In this document: one piece after another, positions 19,539 through 27,711 of the stretch
Numbering within the stretch: position 1 is the stretch's first letter
How the letters are laid out: every line of letters begins with the position of its first letter
Source: Dehalococcoidia bacterium
GTDB lineage: Bacteria; Chloroflexota; Dehalococcoidia; Tepidiformales; Tepidiformaceae
Assembly (NCBI GenBank): GCA_020847765.1
Contig: JADLBJ010000035.1
Span: forward strand, 1 to 62,060
Reading direction: 5' to 3'
DNA: 62,060 nt
Notes under the pieces: generated by a model
What the model saw: only the letters and a program-made list of their open reading frames with translations
The model's database searches: none
What the model was told of the DNA's origin: nothing
Made by a program: the position numbers and the translations under genes

Positions 19539-20117
19539 CTACGGGGCGGGCTTCAGCTCGACATGCCAGTCGCCGTTGACGAGGCGCTTTGTTCGACTGA
19601 GCACAATCGTCACGCGCGAGACGTCCATGCTCGGCTCCAGCCAGGACATGACCGTCGTCTGGCCCTCGTGGATGTCGCCCGTAACGTCCTTCGAAAAGCC
19701 CCCGCTGCCTCCCAGCCCGCGCATCGGCAAGCCCGTCGCGTCCAACAGCAGAGGAGCGCCTGTGTATGGGGTTGGGTCGGGCTCGTCGTGTTGCCACTCC
19801 CACGTGCCGGCGAGCCGGAAGGTTATGACGTCGATCTCGCCCGCCGGCACAGCCCGACCGAAGAAGGCCATGCTGCGGTAGTTGATCTGCTGCTTGCCGA
19901 AGCTGACAGACAGCGGGATGGAGCCGTCACCCGAGAGCACGTCTTCGGGCGCGAGCGGGATCTCGCCGGGGGTGCCGCGCTCCGCCCCATGGCGCTTTAG
20001 CACGTCACCGAGCGCGACCACGACCGTCGCGCCGGAGCCGTCCGCCATGCTATACGGACCGAAGCTCACCGAAAGGGGCTTGCCGAAGGGCGTCACCGGG
20101 AACCATGCGCGCCCCAC
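19539..20117 (-). CDS. Beta-rich hypothetical ORF, probably the C-terminal continuation of 20124-20804
   Basis: It is in the same reading frame as the upstream ORF, separated only by a TAG at 20124-20126 and two sense codons. It has no signal peptide or TM helix of its own, and its start is GTG with a weak RBS. Confidence 0.45.
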   Translation of the reverse strand: MGRAWFPVTPFGKPLSVSFGPYSMADGSGATVVVALGDVLKRHGAERGTPGEIPLAPEDVLSGDGSIPLSVSFGKQQINYRSMAFFGRAVPAGEIDVITFRLAGTWEWQHDEPDPTPYTGAPLLLDATGLPMRGLGGSGGFSKDVTGDIHEGQTTVMSWLEPSMDVSRVTIVLSRTKRLVNGDWHVELKPAP

Positions 20118-20123
20118 CGCGCC

Positions 20124-20804
20124 CTACACCCCGTAGGTAAAAGGCAGCAGCGGCTGCCCATCCGCGCCAATGATCTGTGGCGGCTTCAGTTCCTCCAGGC
20201 CGGCCAGTGCCGTGTACTCGACAATGGTGCGCGACGTCGAGCGCCGGCCCGTCACCGTCAAGCGCTGCCCCTGCACGTCGAGCGTCGCGCTCGTCAGCTC
20301 CTCAACGCGCATCAAGGCGTCGAACTCGCTCGCCGTCGGGCCCTGCAGGGCCAGCGTCCAGGGTCCTCGAACGACTTCCCAGCGGCTAGCCGGCGCACCG
20401 ACCCGCAGCTCTTTCACTGTCACCGTCGCGTCGCCCGGTCTGTTCAGGGGGGGCATCTCGACGAAGAGGGTGCCGTCTTCCCCATGAGTGCCCCCACCCG
20501 GCCGAGCACTGTCGAACATGGAGTCCACCGCGAGCGCGGCTGGCGGAATCACGAAGTTCGCGCCGAGGTTCTCACTGCCCCTGTACGCCGCGAACTCGAG
20601 CAGGGTCTCGGTCCCGGAGAAGGTGCTGCGCACGAGGGTAAGGGTGACGCCCCCGCTCACGGCCGAGCTGCCCTGCGGAAAGACGCGCGCCCCCGTTGGC
20701 CCCGGCGAGGGGTCGTCGTCGAGCAGACCGACGACCGACGCCGCCCCGAAGGCGAGAAGTCCCACGACGGCAGCCAGGGAGAAGAGAATGAGCAGGCGGC
20801 GCAT
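20124..20804 (-). CDS. Single-pass membrane-anchored protein with an extracytoplasmic beta-sandwich-like region (anti-sigma sensor-domain style)
   Basis: ATG at 20804 (MRRLLILFSLAAVVGLLAFGAASVV) is preceded by AGGAGTGG. After the TM helix come segments such as GVTLTLVRSTFSGTETLLEF and PWTLALQ, reminiscent of DUF4179/DUF5643-type domains (from memory). Confidence 0.55.
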   Translation of the reverse strand: MRRLLILFSLAAVVGLLAFGAASVVGLLDDDPSPGPTGARVFPQGSSAVSGGVTLTLVRSTFSGTETLLEFAAYRGSENLGANFVIPPAALAVDSMFDSARPGGGTHGEDGTLFVEMPPLNRPGDATVTVKELRVGAPASRWEVVRGPWTLALQGPTASEFDALMRVEELTSATLDVQGQRLTVTGRRSTSRTIVEYTALAGLEELKPPQIIGADGQPLLPFTYGV

Positions 20805-20837
20805 GGGATCCACTCCTAGCATCAATATCGGGCTCGC

Positions 20838-21285
20838 TTAGGGATACGAAGTGGTCGTCCCCTGGTCATCAACGTACGGGCCGTTGACGAGATACGGGAC
20901 GCCGATGTTCATGAACGCACCATCCGCTGTATACCACAAATACAAATCATTCTTGCAGACCGATGACCCGATTGAGACGCCACGGCCCGTAAGATCACTC
21001 AAGTAGGCGTACGTCTGCCAGATAGGAGAGGAAGCCCGGTGTATTATCGTAGCCCAGCTGCACGCCAAAGAATGCGGGGCCAACAGCAATGGACTCTGAT
21101 ACGGCAACGAAGTATGCGTAGTTATACTGGTATAACAGAGAGAAGATATTGGTATATGCAGTCACTTCGCGGACTGGAAGACTACAAGAGAAAGCACAGG
21201 TCCAATTGTTCAGGTAGAGGTTCGTCTTTCGATAGGACTTCTGGTTTGAGCTGTCCTTGAGGTATGCCGGATAGGTAGGGCCCAT
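20838..21285 (-). pseudogene. Low-GC Tyr/Asn-rich ORF interrupted by a +1 frame change (pseudogene or assembly indel)
   Basis: The first frame reads MGPTYPAYLKDSSNQKSYRKTNLYLNNWTCAF...GVQLGYDNTPGFLS and stops at 20995. The adjacent frame continues with similar composition (PIWQTYAYLSDLTGRGVSIGSSVCKNDLYLWYTADG...) to a TAA at 20838. Codons are A/T-ending, unlike the rest of the window. Confidence 0.4.
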
Positions 21286-21677
21286 GTATAGGACGCCGCC
21301 GACCGCATCGGGGAGAGAAGTAGCGCCCCGAGCAACCCGACGAAGAGGCCGAGAAGAACAACGGCGAGGCTTCCCACCCGAACGAGCGTCGTTCGCATTG
21401 CTGTCCGTCCTCGGGATGCGCCCATGCGGGCTTGTCGCACGCGAGTTTGAATCCTGCCCCTCCCCCCCGCATCCGTAGCACCTGTTCTTCCAGAGCCTGG
21501 CAGCGCGCGGCGGTTGGGCACGTCGAGCTTCCGCAAGATCGCGACGACGTGGCCATTGACGGTGCGGACGCTGATAGAGAGCGCCTCGGCGATTTCCGCG
21601 TCGGTGCAGTAGAAGGCGACGAGGGCGAGGACCTCGCGCTCCCGGTGGCTGAGCTGGCCGAATCCGCTCGCGAGCAT
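21210..21677 (-). CDS. LuxR/GerE-type HTH protein continuing in frame into a TM helix
   Basis: ATG at 21677 follows GGAGGGGAG. The HTH is LSHREREVLALVAFYCTDAEIAEALSISVRTVNGHVVAILRKLDV. An Arg/Gly linker follows, then MRTTLVRVGSLAVVLLGLFVGLLGALLL. The 3' end overlaps the low-GC ORF and is uncertain. Confidence 0.55.
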   Translation of the reverse strand: MLASGFGQLSHREREVLALVAFYCTDAEIAEALSISVRTVNGHVVAILRKLDVPNRRALPGSGRTGATDAGGRGRIQTRVRQARMGASRGRTAMRTTLVRVGSLAVVLLGLFVGLLGALLLSPMRSAASYTWALPIRHTSRTAQTRSPIERRTST

Positions 21678-21767
21678 CTGCTCTCCCCTCCACGGGACGG
21701 AGCGACGGGCGAGGCCACCCTAGACACGCGTTCGCGCGCCTGTCAACGCTTCCCCGCACAGCGCCAC

Positions 21768-21798
21768 TTGTGCGAGGCGCGCGCTACCCGGCTATACT
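21768..21798 (+). promoter_or_regulatory. Putative promoter (TTGTGC, 19-nt spacer, TATACT) for the 21913 gene cluster
   Basis: TATACT sits at 21793-21798 and a TTGTGC -35-like hexamer at 21768-21773. The spacer is longer than ideal. The implied 5' UTR is about 108 nt. Confidence 0.3.
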
Positions 21799-21912
21799 CT
21801 GCCCGCGCCGCCGCTCCCCGGGCACCGGTCTCTTCGTCGGGGACGGCGTTCGCCCCGAGAGACGCGCGCCGCGGGAGCTCCGCGAGCCGACACTGAAAGG
21901 AAGACCAGCGCC

Positions 21913-22887
21913 ATGCCGATGCGGGACGAAGACGAGTATCGCCATCCATCACCCGACCCCACGGGGAAGGCCCTCTGGGGGGACACGCTCTGGATCAGCG
22001 TGGTGGACCGCGAGGCGAACATCTTCGGGATCAACCACTTCCACCTGACGAACAAGGGCTACGCGCGCTTCGAAGCGCTCTACGTCATCGACGGCGTGCT
22101 CCAGCAGTACGGCAACAAGGCGCCGCTCCCGGTCGAGTTGGACCGCGGCCCCTGGAGCGACGGCCACCTCAGCTACCGCGTCGTCGAGCCCCAGAAGTCG
22201 ATTCGGATCGCCATGGACGGTCCGCGCTTCGGGTTCGACCTTACCTTCACAGGCCGCTTCCCCGTGTTCGACTACTTCGACCACGACAACAACCCCTTCA
22301 AGACGGGCATGGGCGGCCACAACGAGCAGGGCATGCTCTGCACCGGCGAGTTCGAGATCCGCGGCGGCCCGAAGGCCGGCGATCGGCGCCGCATCAACAG
22401 CTACTCCCACCGCGACCACTCCTGGTCGCACCGCTTCGCCGAAGAGCCGGAGTGGGAGTGGACGCAGCCGGCACGGCCCGGCCACTTCTGGCCCTCGTTC
22501 CAGAACGACCGGCTGCACCTGAACGCCTTCGGCCGCCTCTGGCAGCCGGCCGACGGCCCCCAGTACACGGGCGCCGGCTTCATCTCCACCAAAGAAGGCA
22601 ACGGCCACCTGAAGGCCGCCAGCGGCGAAGTCATCCTCGAGGACGACGGACGGACCGCCGCCGCCTTCCGCTACGAGATCACCCTGCCCGACGGCGAGGT
22701 CATCCACATCCGCACCGGCCGCAAGTACGGCATGGTGAAGCTGTGGGACCGGGGTGAGAACGACCTCGAGAACCGCCTGGACTGCTACGAGCCCTTCTTC
22801 GACATGGAGATCGAAGAGACGGGCGAGAAAGGCTACGGCGTCTCCGAATACAGCATCGTTCCGCCCTCGCCGCGCTGGCTCGTCTGA
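21913..22887 (+). CDS. Conserved hypothetical protein (beta-rich, no signal peptide)
   Basis: The 324-aa ORF has high GC3, with GAAAGGAAG upstream. Its style recalls actinobacterial DUF proteins found beside phosphotransferase genes. The family was not verified. Confidence 0.7.
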   Translation: MPMRDEDEYRHPSPDPTGKALWGDTLWISVVDREANIFGINHFHLTNKGYARFEALYVIDGVLQQYGNKAPLPVELDRGPWSDGHLSYRVVEPQKSIRIAMDGPRFGFDLTFTGRFPVFDYFDHDNNPFKTGMGGHNEQGMLCTGEFEIRGGPKAGDRRRINSYSHRDHSWSHRFAEEPEWEWTQPARPGHFWPSFQNDRLHLNAFGRLWQPADGPQYTGAGFISTKEGNGHLKAASGEVILEDDGRTAAAFRYEITLPDGEVIHIRTGRKYGMVKLWDRGENDLENRLDCYEPFFDMEIEETGEKGYGVSEYSIVPPSPRWLV

Positions 22888-22936
22888 GTCCGGCGCCGCC
22901 GTCAGCCCTGCGCAACACCGTCTAGAGAGGCAGGCG

Positions 22937-23965
22937 TTGGACAACCTCGTCAAGAACCAGGAGTTCACCCAGCGCGTCGCCGCCTACCTCGAACGGCAGA
23001 CGCCTGGCGCCCGGGGCATGACCGCCAGCGTTCGCCGCATGATGGGCGGGCGTTCGTGGGACATCTTCGGCGTCACCGCCCACTGGGAAGAGGGCGGCGC
23101 GCCGCGGGAACGAGAATTCGTCTTCCGCGTCGCGCCGCCCGGCGGCATCCTCGAGCCCCACGACCCCTCGTTCGAGTTCCACCTGCTCCAGGCCTACGAG
23201 CGCAGGGGCCTTCCCGTCCCGCGCGCCTACTGGCTGGAGATGGACCCCGCCGTGCTCGGCGCGCCGTTCTACGTGATGGAGTGGGTCAGGGCAGAGATCC
23301 CTCAGCTCGACCATCCCCGGTTTGAGGACCCCGCCGAGAAGGACCGCTACGGGCGGCAGTTCGCCGAGGTCCTCGCCCGCATCCACACGCTGGATTGGCG
23401 GGCCGAAGGGCTTGACGCTTTCCTACCGCCTGCCGGCGTCCCGGGCGGCGACCCCATCGAGCGGGAGCTCGCCTGGTGCGAGCAGCGGATGTCGGGCCTC
23501 GACATCCCGCCAACACCGGCGCTGCGAGCCGTGCTCCAATGGCTCCACGCCAACCGGCCGCGCATGCGCCCGGAAGAGGTGCGGCTCGTCTACGGCGACT
23601 ACCGCTTCGACAACTTCTTCTGGAAGGACGGGAAGATAGTCGCCCTGCTGGACTACGAGATGGCGCTCCTCGGCCACCCCATGGAGGACATCGCCTTCAC
23701 ACGCATGCTTTCGGGGTGGGCGGCCGTCCACGGCGACTTCGCCCGCCATTACGAGGAGGCTAGCGGCATCCCCGTCGACGAGGCCCTCGTCGGCTACTTC
23801 ATGGTCCTCAAGACGGCCCAGATAAACATCACCGTCGGGCTGGCCGCCCTCAACGGCTTGAACCAGGGTAAAGTCCGCGACGCACGCGACATGGCGGTCG
23901 TGGGCGGGTTCCACGTGTCATCGGCCCGAGTGCTGGGCCAGCTCCTGAAGGGACCCGCGCGATGA
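22937..23965 (+). CDS. Aminoglycoside-phosphotransferase-fold (APH/ChoK-like) kinase family protein
   Basis: The catalytic and Mg-binding blocks are LVYGDYRFDNFFW and ALLDYEMALLGHPMEDIAF. The start is uncertain: I chose the TTG at 22937 preceded by GAGAGG because the ORF's upstream part overlaps the previous gene. Confidence 0.75.
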   Translation: MDNLVKNQEFTQRVAAYLERQTPGARGMTASVRRMMGGRSWDIFGVTAHWEEGGAPREREFVFRVAPPGGILEPHDPSFEFHLLQAYERRGLPVPRAYWLEMDPAVLGAPFYVMEWVRAEIPQLDHPRFEDPAEKDRYGRQFAEVLARIHTLDWRAEGLDAFLPPAGVPGGDPIERELAWCEQRMSGLDIPPTPALRAVLQWLHANRPRMRPEEVRLVYGDYRFDNFFWKDGKIVALLDYEMALLGHPMEDIAFTRMLSGWAAVHGDFARHYEEASGIPVDEALVGYFMVLKTAQINITVGLAALNGLNQGKVRDARDMAVVGGFHVSSARVLGQLLKGPAR

Positions 23966-24465
23966 ACCCCTCTATTCCCGTCATCCTTCGCACGCTCCGG
24001 CAGGCCCTCGAGGAGCACGTCATCCCCGAGCTCGACAGCGACTTTGCGCGCGGCCAGGCAGGCCAGGTTGCCGTCACCCTCGACTGGCTGGCCACGGGCT
24101 GGCAGGAGCCACTCCAGGTGCTGCAGAAGGGAAACGCGGCGATTCGCAACTCCCTCCAAGGCGTCGAACAGGAACTCGACCGGCTGGCGCTCGAAGACGA
24201 CCGCGCCCAGCACTGGAAGGAGGCGGCCGCCAGCCTGCGCGCCGCCCTCCGCGCGCCCGCCGAGGAGACGGCGGCCGAGCGCGAGGCCGAGCGCGCGCGC
24301 TTCTTCGCCGTGCTCGACGAGCTCGTTGTCGCGGCCGGGCCGCCAGTGGCCGGCGCGGAAGGCACCGGCCCGCTCTGGTCCCAGCTGCAGCAGGCGCTCG
24401 ACGCGCTGGCGGACGCCGAGACGTACCTCGGCCCCATTCCGCTCCCCCCCGAGCACTGGCGATAG
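23962..24465 (+). CDS. Helical hypothetical protein coupled to the kinase gene
   Basis: Its start overlaps the kinase stop (ATGA). The 167-aa product is Ala/Glu/Leu-rich and helical. Confidence 0.6.
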   Translation: MNPSIPVILRTLRQALEEHVIPELDSDFARGQAGQVAVTLDWLATGWQEPLQVLQKGNAAIRNSLQGVEQELDRLALEDDRAQHWKEAAASLRAALRAPAEETAAEREAERARFFAVLDELVVAAGPPVAGAEGTGPLWSQLQQALDALADAETYLGPIPLPPEHWR

Positions 24466-24525
24466 AAGGCGACAGAGCACCTGGGCCGGCCCGCCAATGA
24501 GCCTGCAGGGGCGTACACTGCCGCC

Positions 24526-25488
24526 ATGACGGCCGACGTCCCGGAACCGGCGATCGCGCAGCTCGCCATGAGCGTGCCCGACATGGCGCGCGCCCTGCGC
24601 TTCGCCGTCGACGGGCTCGGCTTCCGCTCGGCCGGCGGCCGGTACGCAGCGGGCGAGCGCGTCTCCGCCATCCAGGGACTTCCCGACGTGGCCTGCTGCA
24701 TGTGGTGGCTCATCGGGTCGCAGCCGTTCGTTCAGCTCGAGCTGTTCCAGTACGCCTCGCCACCACCGGCCGCACGCCCCGACAATTGGCGCCCGTCTGA
24801 CGTCGGCTATACGCGCCTCACCGTCGCGGTGCCCGATCTCGCGGCGACGCTGGGCCGGCTGGCGGCCGCCGGCCTCACTGTGGAGTCGCCGATAATCCTC
24901 GGGGGCGCCGCGCGCGCCTGCGTGGCCGATCCCTCTGGCACGCTCGTCGAGCTGATCGAAGACCCGGCGCTGCGCGGGGGCCGGCCGGCGCTGCGGGCCG
25001 TGGGCGCAACCGTTCCCGCCCTCCAGCCAGCCGTCGCCTTCTTCCGCGACACCCTGGGCCTCTCCGAGGTGCCGCCAACCACGCTCCACCCACCGGAGGC
25101 GGAAGCGCTCTTTGGGTTGCCGGACGCGGGCCGCCAGCTGGTGGCGCTGCGCGGCGGCGACGTCCTTCTCGAGCTCGCCTGCTATGAGCAGCCACCGTCG
25201 AGGCCGCGGCGCCCCGGCTGGTGCCTGAACGACGTCGGGCTGCTCAACGTCGCGCTCGGCTACCGCGACTGGGAGGAGTTCCGGGCGGCGTACGATCGCG
25301 TTCTGGCAGCAGGCCACAGGGCCGAGACCGAGCCACTGGGCCCCGGCGGCGTTTTCGACGTCGCCTACTGCACGGGGCCGGACGGCTTCTCCGTCGAGCT
25401 CCTCTACGTACCGCTCTCGTCGGATGCGGCGCTCGGATTCGTCGCCGAAGAGGACCAGATGGCGCGCCCGCCCGCCCGCCGCCGCTGA
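24526..25488 (+). CDS. Two-domain VOC (glyoxalase/bleomycin-resistance/dioxygenase) superfamily protein
   Basis: It contains two repeats of the beta-alpha-beta-beta-beta style module (LAMSVPDMARALRFAVDGLGF ... DPSGTLVELIED; VPALQPAVAFFRDTLGL ... GPDGFSVELLY). Confidence 0.7.
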   Translation: MTADVPEPAIAQLAMSVPDMARALRFAVDGLGFRSAGGRYAAGERVSAIQGLPDVACCMWWLIGSQPFVQLELFQYASPPPAARPDNWRPSDVGYTRLTVAVPDLAATLGRLAAAGLTVESPIILGGAARACVADPSGTLVELIEDPALRGGRPALRAVGATVPALQPAVAFFRDTLGLSEVPPTTLHPPEAEALFGLPDAGRQLVALRGGDVLLELACYEQPPSRPRRPGWCLNDVGLLNVALGYRDWEEFRAAYDRVLAAGHRAETEPLGPGGVFDVAYCTGPDGFSVELLYVPLSSDAALGFVAEEDQMARPPARRR

Positions 25489-25558
25489 CCGCGAGAAGGC
25501 GGCCGGCTCTGTCGCCGCGTCCCGGCCGAGCGCGCGTCCACCGGTCGCTTCGAGCCCC

Positions 25559-27376
25559 CTACGCGCTGTCGGCGGCCATCGCTTCCTCGGCGGCGAACTG
25601 CTGGCGATAGAGGCGCGCGTAGACGCCGCCGCGGGCGAGCAGGTCGGCGTGCCGGCCAGATTCGGCCACCCGCCCGTCGACGAGGACCACGATAAGGTCC
25701 GCGCGCAGAACCGTAGAGAGGCGGTGGGCGATGGCGAGCACCGTCCGCCCGCTGGTGAGTCGTTCGAGCGCGGCCTGAATGGCGCGCTCGGTCTCGGAGT
25801 CCACGCTCGACGTCGCCTCGTCGAGGATGAGGATGGCGGGGTCCTTCAGCAGGGCACGCGCGATGGCGACGCGCTGCTTCTCGCCACCGGAGAGCCGATA
25901 GCCGCGCTCGCCCACGACCGTGTCGTACCCCTTCGGCAGTGCCGCCACGAAGTCGTGAATGTTCGCCGCGCGAGCCGCGATCTCAATCTCGGCGTCTGTC
26001 GCGGCCGGCCGTGCGTAGCGCAGGTTCTCGCGGATCGTCGTGTGGAAGAGGAAGGGCTCCTGGTTGACCATGCCGATCGCCGCGCCGAGCGACGCGAGCG
26101 TGACGTCGCGCACGTCGTAGCCGTCCACCGTGATGCGCCCTTCCTCCACGTCGTAGAGCCGCGGCACAAGGTAGGCGGTGGTTGTCTTGCCCGCGCCGGA
26201 AGGCCCGACGAGCGCTGCGAACCTGCCCGGCGGCACGACGAAGCTGACCTCGCGCAGGGTAGCGGTGCCAGGCAGATAGCTGAAGCTGACATGCTCGAAG
26301 CGCAGCTCGCCCTGGACGTCGCCCAAGTCCCGCGCCCCCGGCCGGTCGGCGATCTCCTGTTCAAGGTCGAGGAAGTCGAAGAGTCGCTCGAACAGGGCGA
26401 GAGAGCTGAGCACCGTGACGTTCACGCTGAGGAGCTGCGACGTGGGCCCGAACAGCCGCCCGAGAAGCCCGGCGAAGGCAACAACCGTGCCGAGCGTCGC
26501 GTGCCCACCGATCACCTGATGACCGCCGTACCAGTAGACGACCACCGGCGCGAGAGAGCCAAAAAGCCCCATGCTCACCCCGAACCAGCGGCCCACCATG
26601 GCCCGGCGCACGTTGAGCGCGCGGATGCGGCCGGCAGTCTCGTCGAAGCGGGCCATCTCCTCCGGCTGCCGGCTGAAGGTCTTGACGAGCAGTGCCCCGC
26701 TGACGGAGAGCGTCTCCTGCATGTGCGCGTTCAGGAGCGCCAGCTGCTCCTGCGATTCGCTCACGAGCGCGCGCTGGACGTTGCCCACCCGCTTGGCCGG
26801 GTAGACGAAGAGAGGAAGGAAGGCGACGGAGAACAGCGCCAGCCGCCAGTCGAGCGCGAGCATGAGGGCGAAGGTGGCAACGACGGTGATCAGGTTGCCG
26901 GCCACTCCCCCGAGCGTGTCGCTCACCACCCCCTGGGCGGCCCCGACGTCGTTGCTGACGCGGGAGAGCACTTCGCCCGTGCGGTTCGCTGTGAACCAGC
27001 GCAGAGACATGCCCGAGAGGTGACGGTAAAGCGCGCTGCGCAGGTCGTACATGACGTCCTGGCCGATGGCGTTGCTCAAGTACGTCTGGAGCACGCCCGC
27101 GAGTGCCGCGAGGGCGACGAGGGCCACCATGACAAGCACCAGGACGTTGAGGAGAAAGCCGTCTCGCTCTCCGAGGATCGCTTTGTCGATGATCTGCTGC
27201 ATGAGCAGCGGCGGGCCCAGCCCGAGACCCGCCGCTGCGACGATCGTGGCGAGCAGCGCACCGACCGCCAGCCCGTGCGGACGATGGAGCGCGACGGCTC
27301 GCCGCAGGGTGGGCCAGACCGGTCGTTGCGGGCGAGCCTTCCGGCGCCGCACCCAGTCGGCATGATCGAAAGCCAT
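25559..27376 (-). CDS. ABC exporter, fused permease/ATPase (MsbA-like type I exporter)
   Basis: A six-helix TMD is followed by Walker A GPSGAGKTT, the signature LSGGEKQR and Walker B ILILDEATS. I chose the start at MAFDHADW (27376). Confidence 0.9.
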   Translation of the reverse strand: MAFDHADWVRRRKARPQRPVWPTLRRAVALHRPHGLAVGALLATIVAAAGLGLGPPLLMQQIIDKAILGERDGFLLNVLVLVMVALVALAALAGVLQTYLSNAIGQDVMYDLRSALYRHLSGMSLRWFTANRTGEVLSRVSNDVGAAQGVVSDTLGGVAGNLITVVATFALMLALDWRLALFSVAFLPLFVYPAKRVGNVQRALVSESQEQLALLNAHMQETLSVSGALLVKTFSRQPEEMARFDETAGRIRALNVRRAMVGRWFGVSMGLFGSLAPVVVYWYGGHQVIGGHATLGTVVAFAGLLGRLFGPTSQLLSVNVTVLSSLALFERLFDFLDLEQEIADRPGARDLGDVQGELRFEHVSFSYLPGTATLREVSFVVPPGRFAALVGPSGAGKTTTAYLVPRLYDVEEGRITVDGYDVRDVTLASLGAAIGMVNQEPFLFHTTIRENLRYARPAATDAEIEIAARAANIHDFVAALPKGYDTVVGERGYRLSGGEKQRVAIARALLKDPAILILDEATSSVDSETERAIQAALERLTSGRTVLAIAHRLSTVLRADLIVVLVDGRVAESGRHADLLARGGVYARLYRQQFAAEEAMAADSA

Positions 27377-27494
27377 TCGCCAGCCAGCGTACCGGTCTTC
27401 GCCACAGCCGCGTACTCCCCGGGCAGGCAGGCTTCCCCCACCCTCACGATGGACCCCGCTATGCTGGGCAGCGAACCACCGGCCGAGGTCCGCC

Positions 27495-27689
27495 ATGCGC
27501 GTCGAGATCAACCGCAAGACCTGCCTGCGCAGCGGGCAGTGCACCTACCTCCACCCGAACGTCTTTCGAGTGGGCGACGACGGCTATCCCCTGGCGCCGG
27601 CCGAGGAGCTGCCGCCCGCGCGCGAAGCTGAGGCCGAAGACGCCGCTGAGATCTGCCCCAGCGGCGCCATCACGCTGATAGACGCCTGA
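27495..27689 (+). CDS. Small single-cluster ferredoxin
   Basis: The 64-aa product has the patterns CLRSGQC...ICPSGAI and MRVEINRKTC, typical of actinobacterial-type 3Fe-4S/4Fe-4S ferredoxins. Confidence 0.8.
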   Translation: MRVEINRKTCLRSGQCTYLHPNVFRVGDDGYPLAPAEELPPAREAEAEDAAEICPSGAITLIDA

Positions 27690-27711
27690 CGCCGGCGCGC
27701 GGGGCCGCGGC

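Noticed and set aside
21015-21050. The plus-strand string GAGAGGAAGCCCGG inside the low-GC island resembles the RNase P RNA GGAAAGUCCGGGC core.
   Set aside because: The match is inexact and the other universally conserved RNase P blocks (such as ACAGAAnCCGGCUUA) are absent. The minus strand shows coherent protein-coding potential instead.
21182-21727. A 181-aa minus-strand ORF overlapping the LuxR gene in another frame.
   Set aside because: It is mostly Ser/Arg/Pro-rich and lacks an RBS. I note it only because a short stretch (AARCQALEEQVL) could be the missing last helix of the LuxR HTH if there is an indel.
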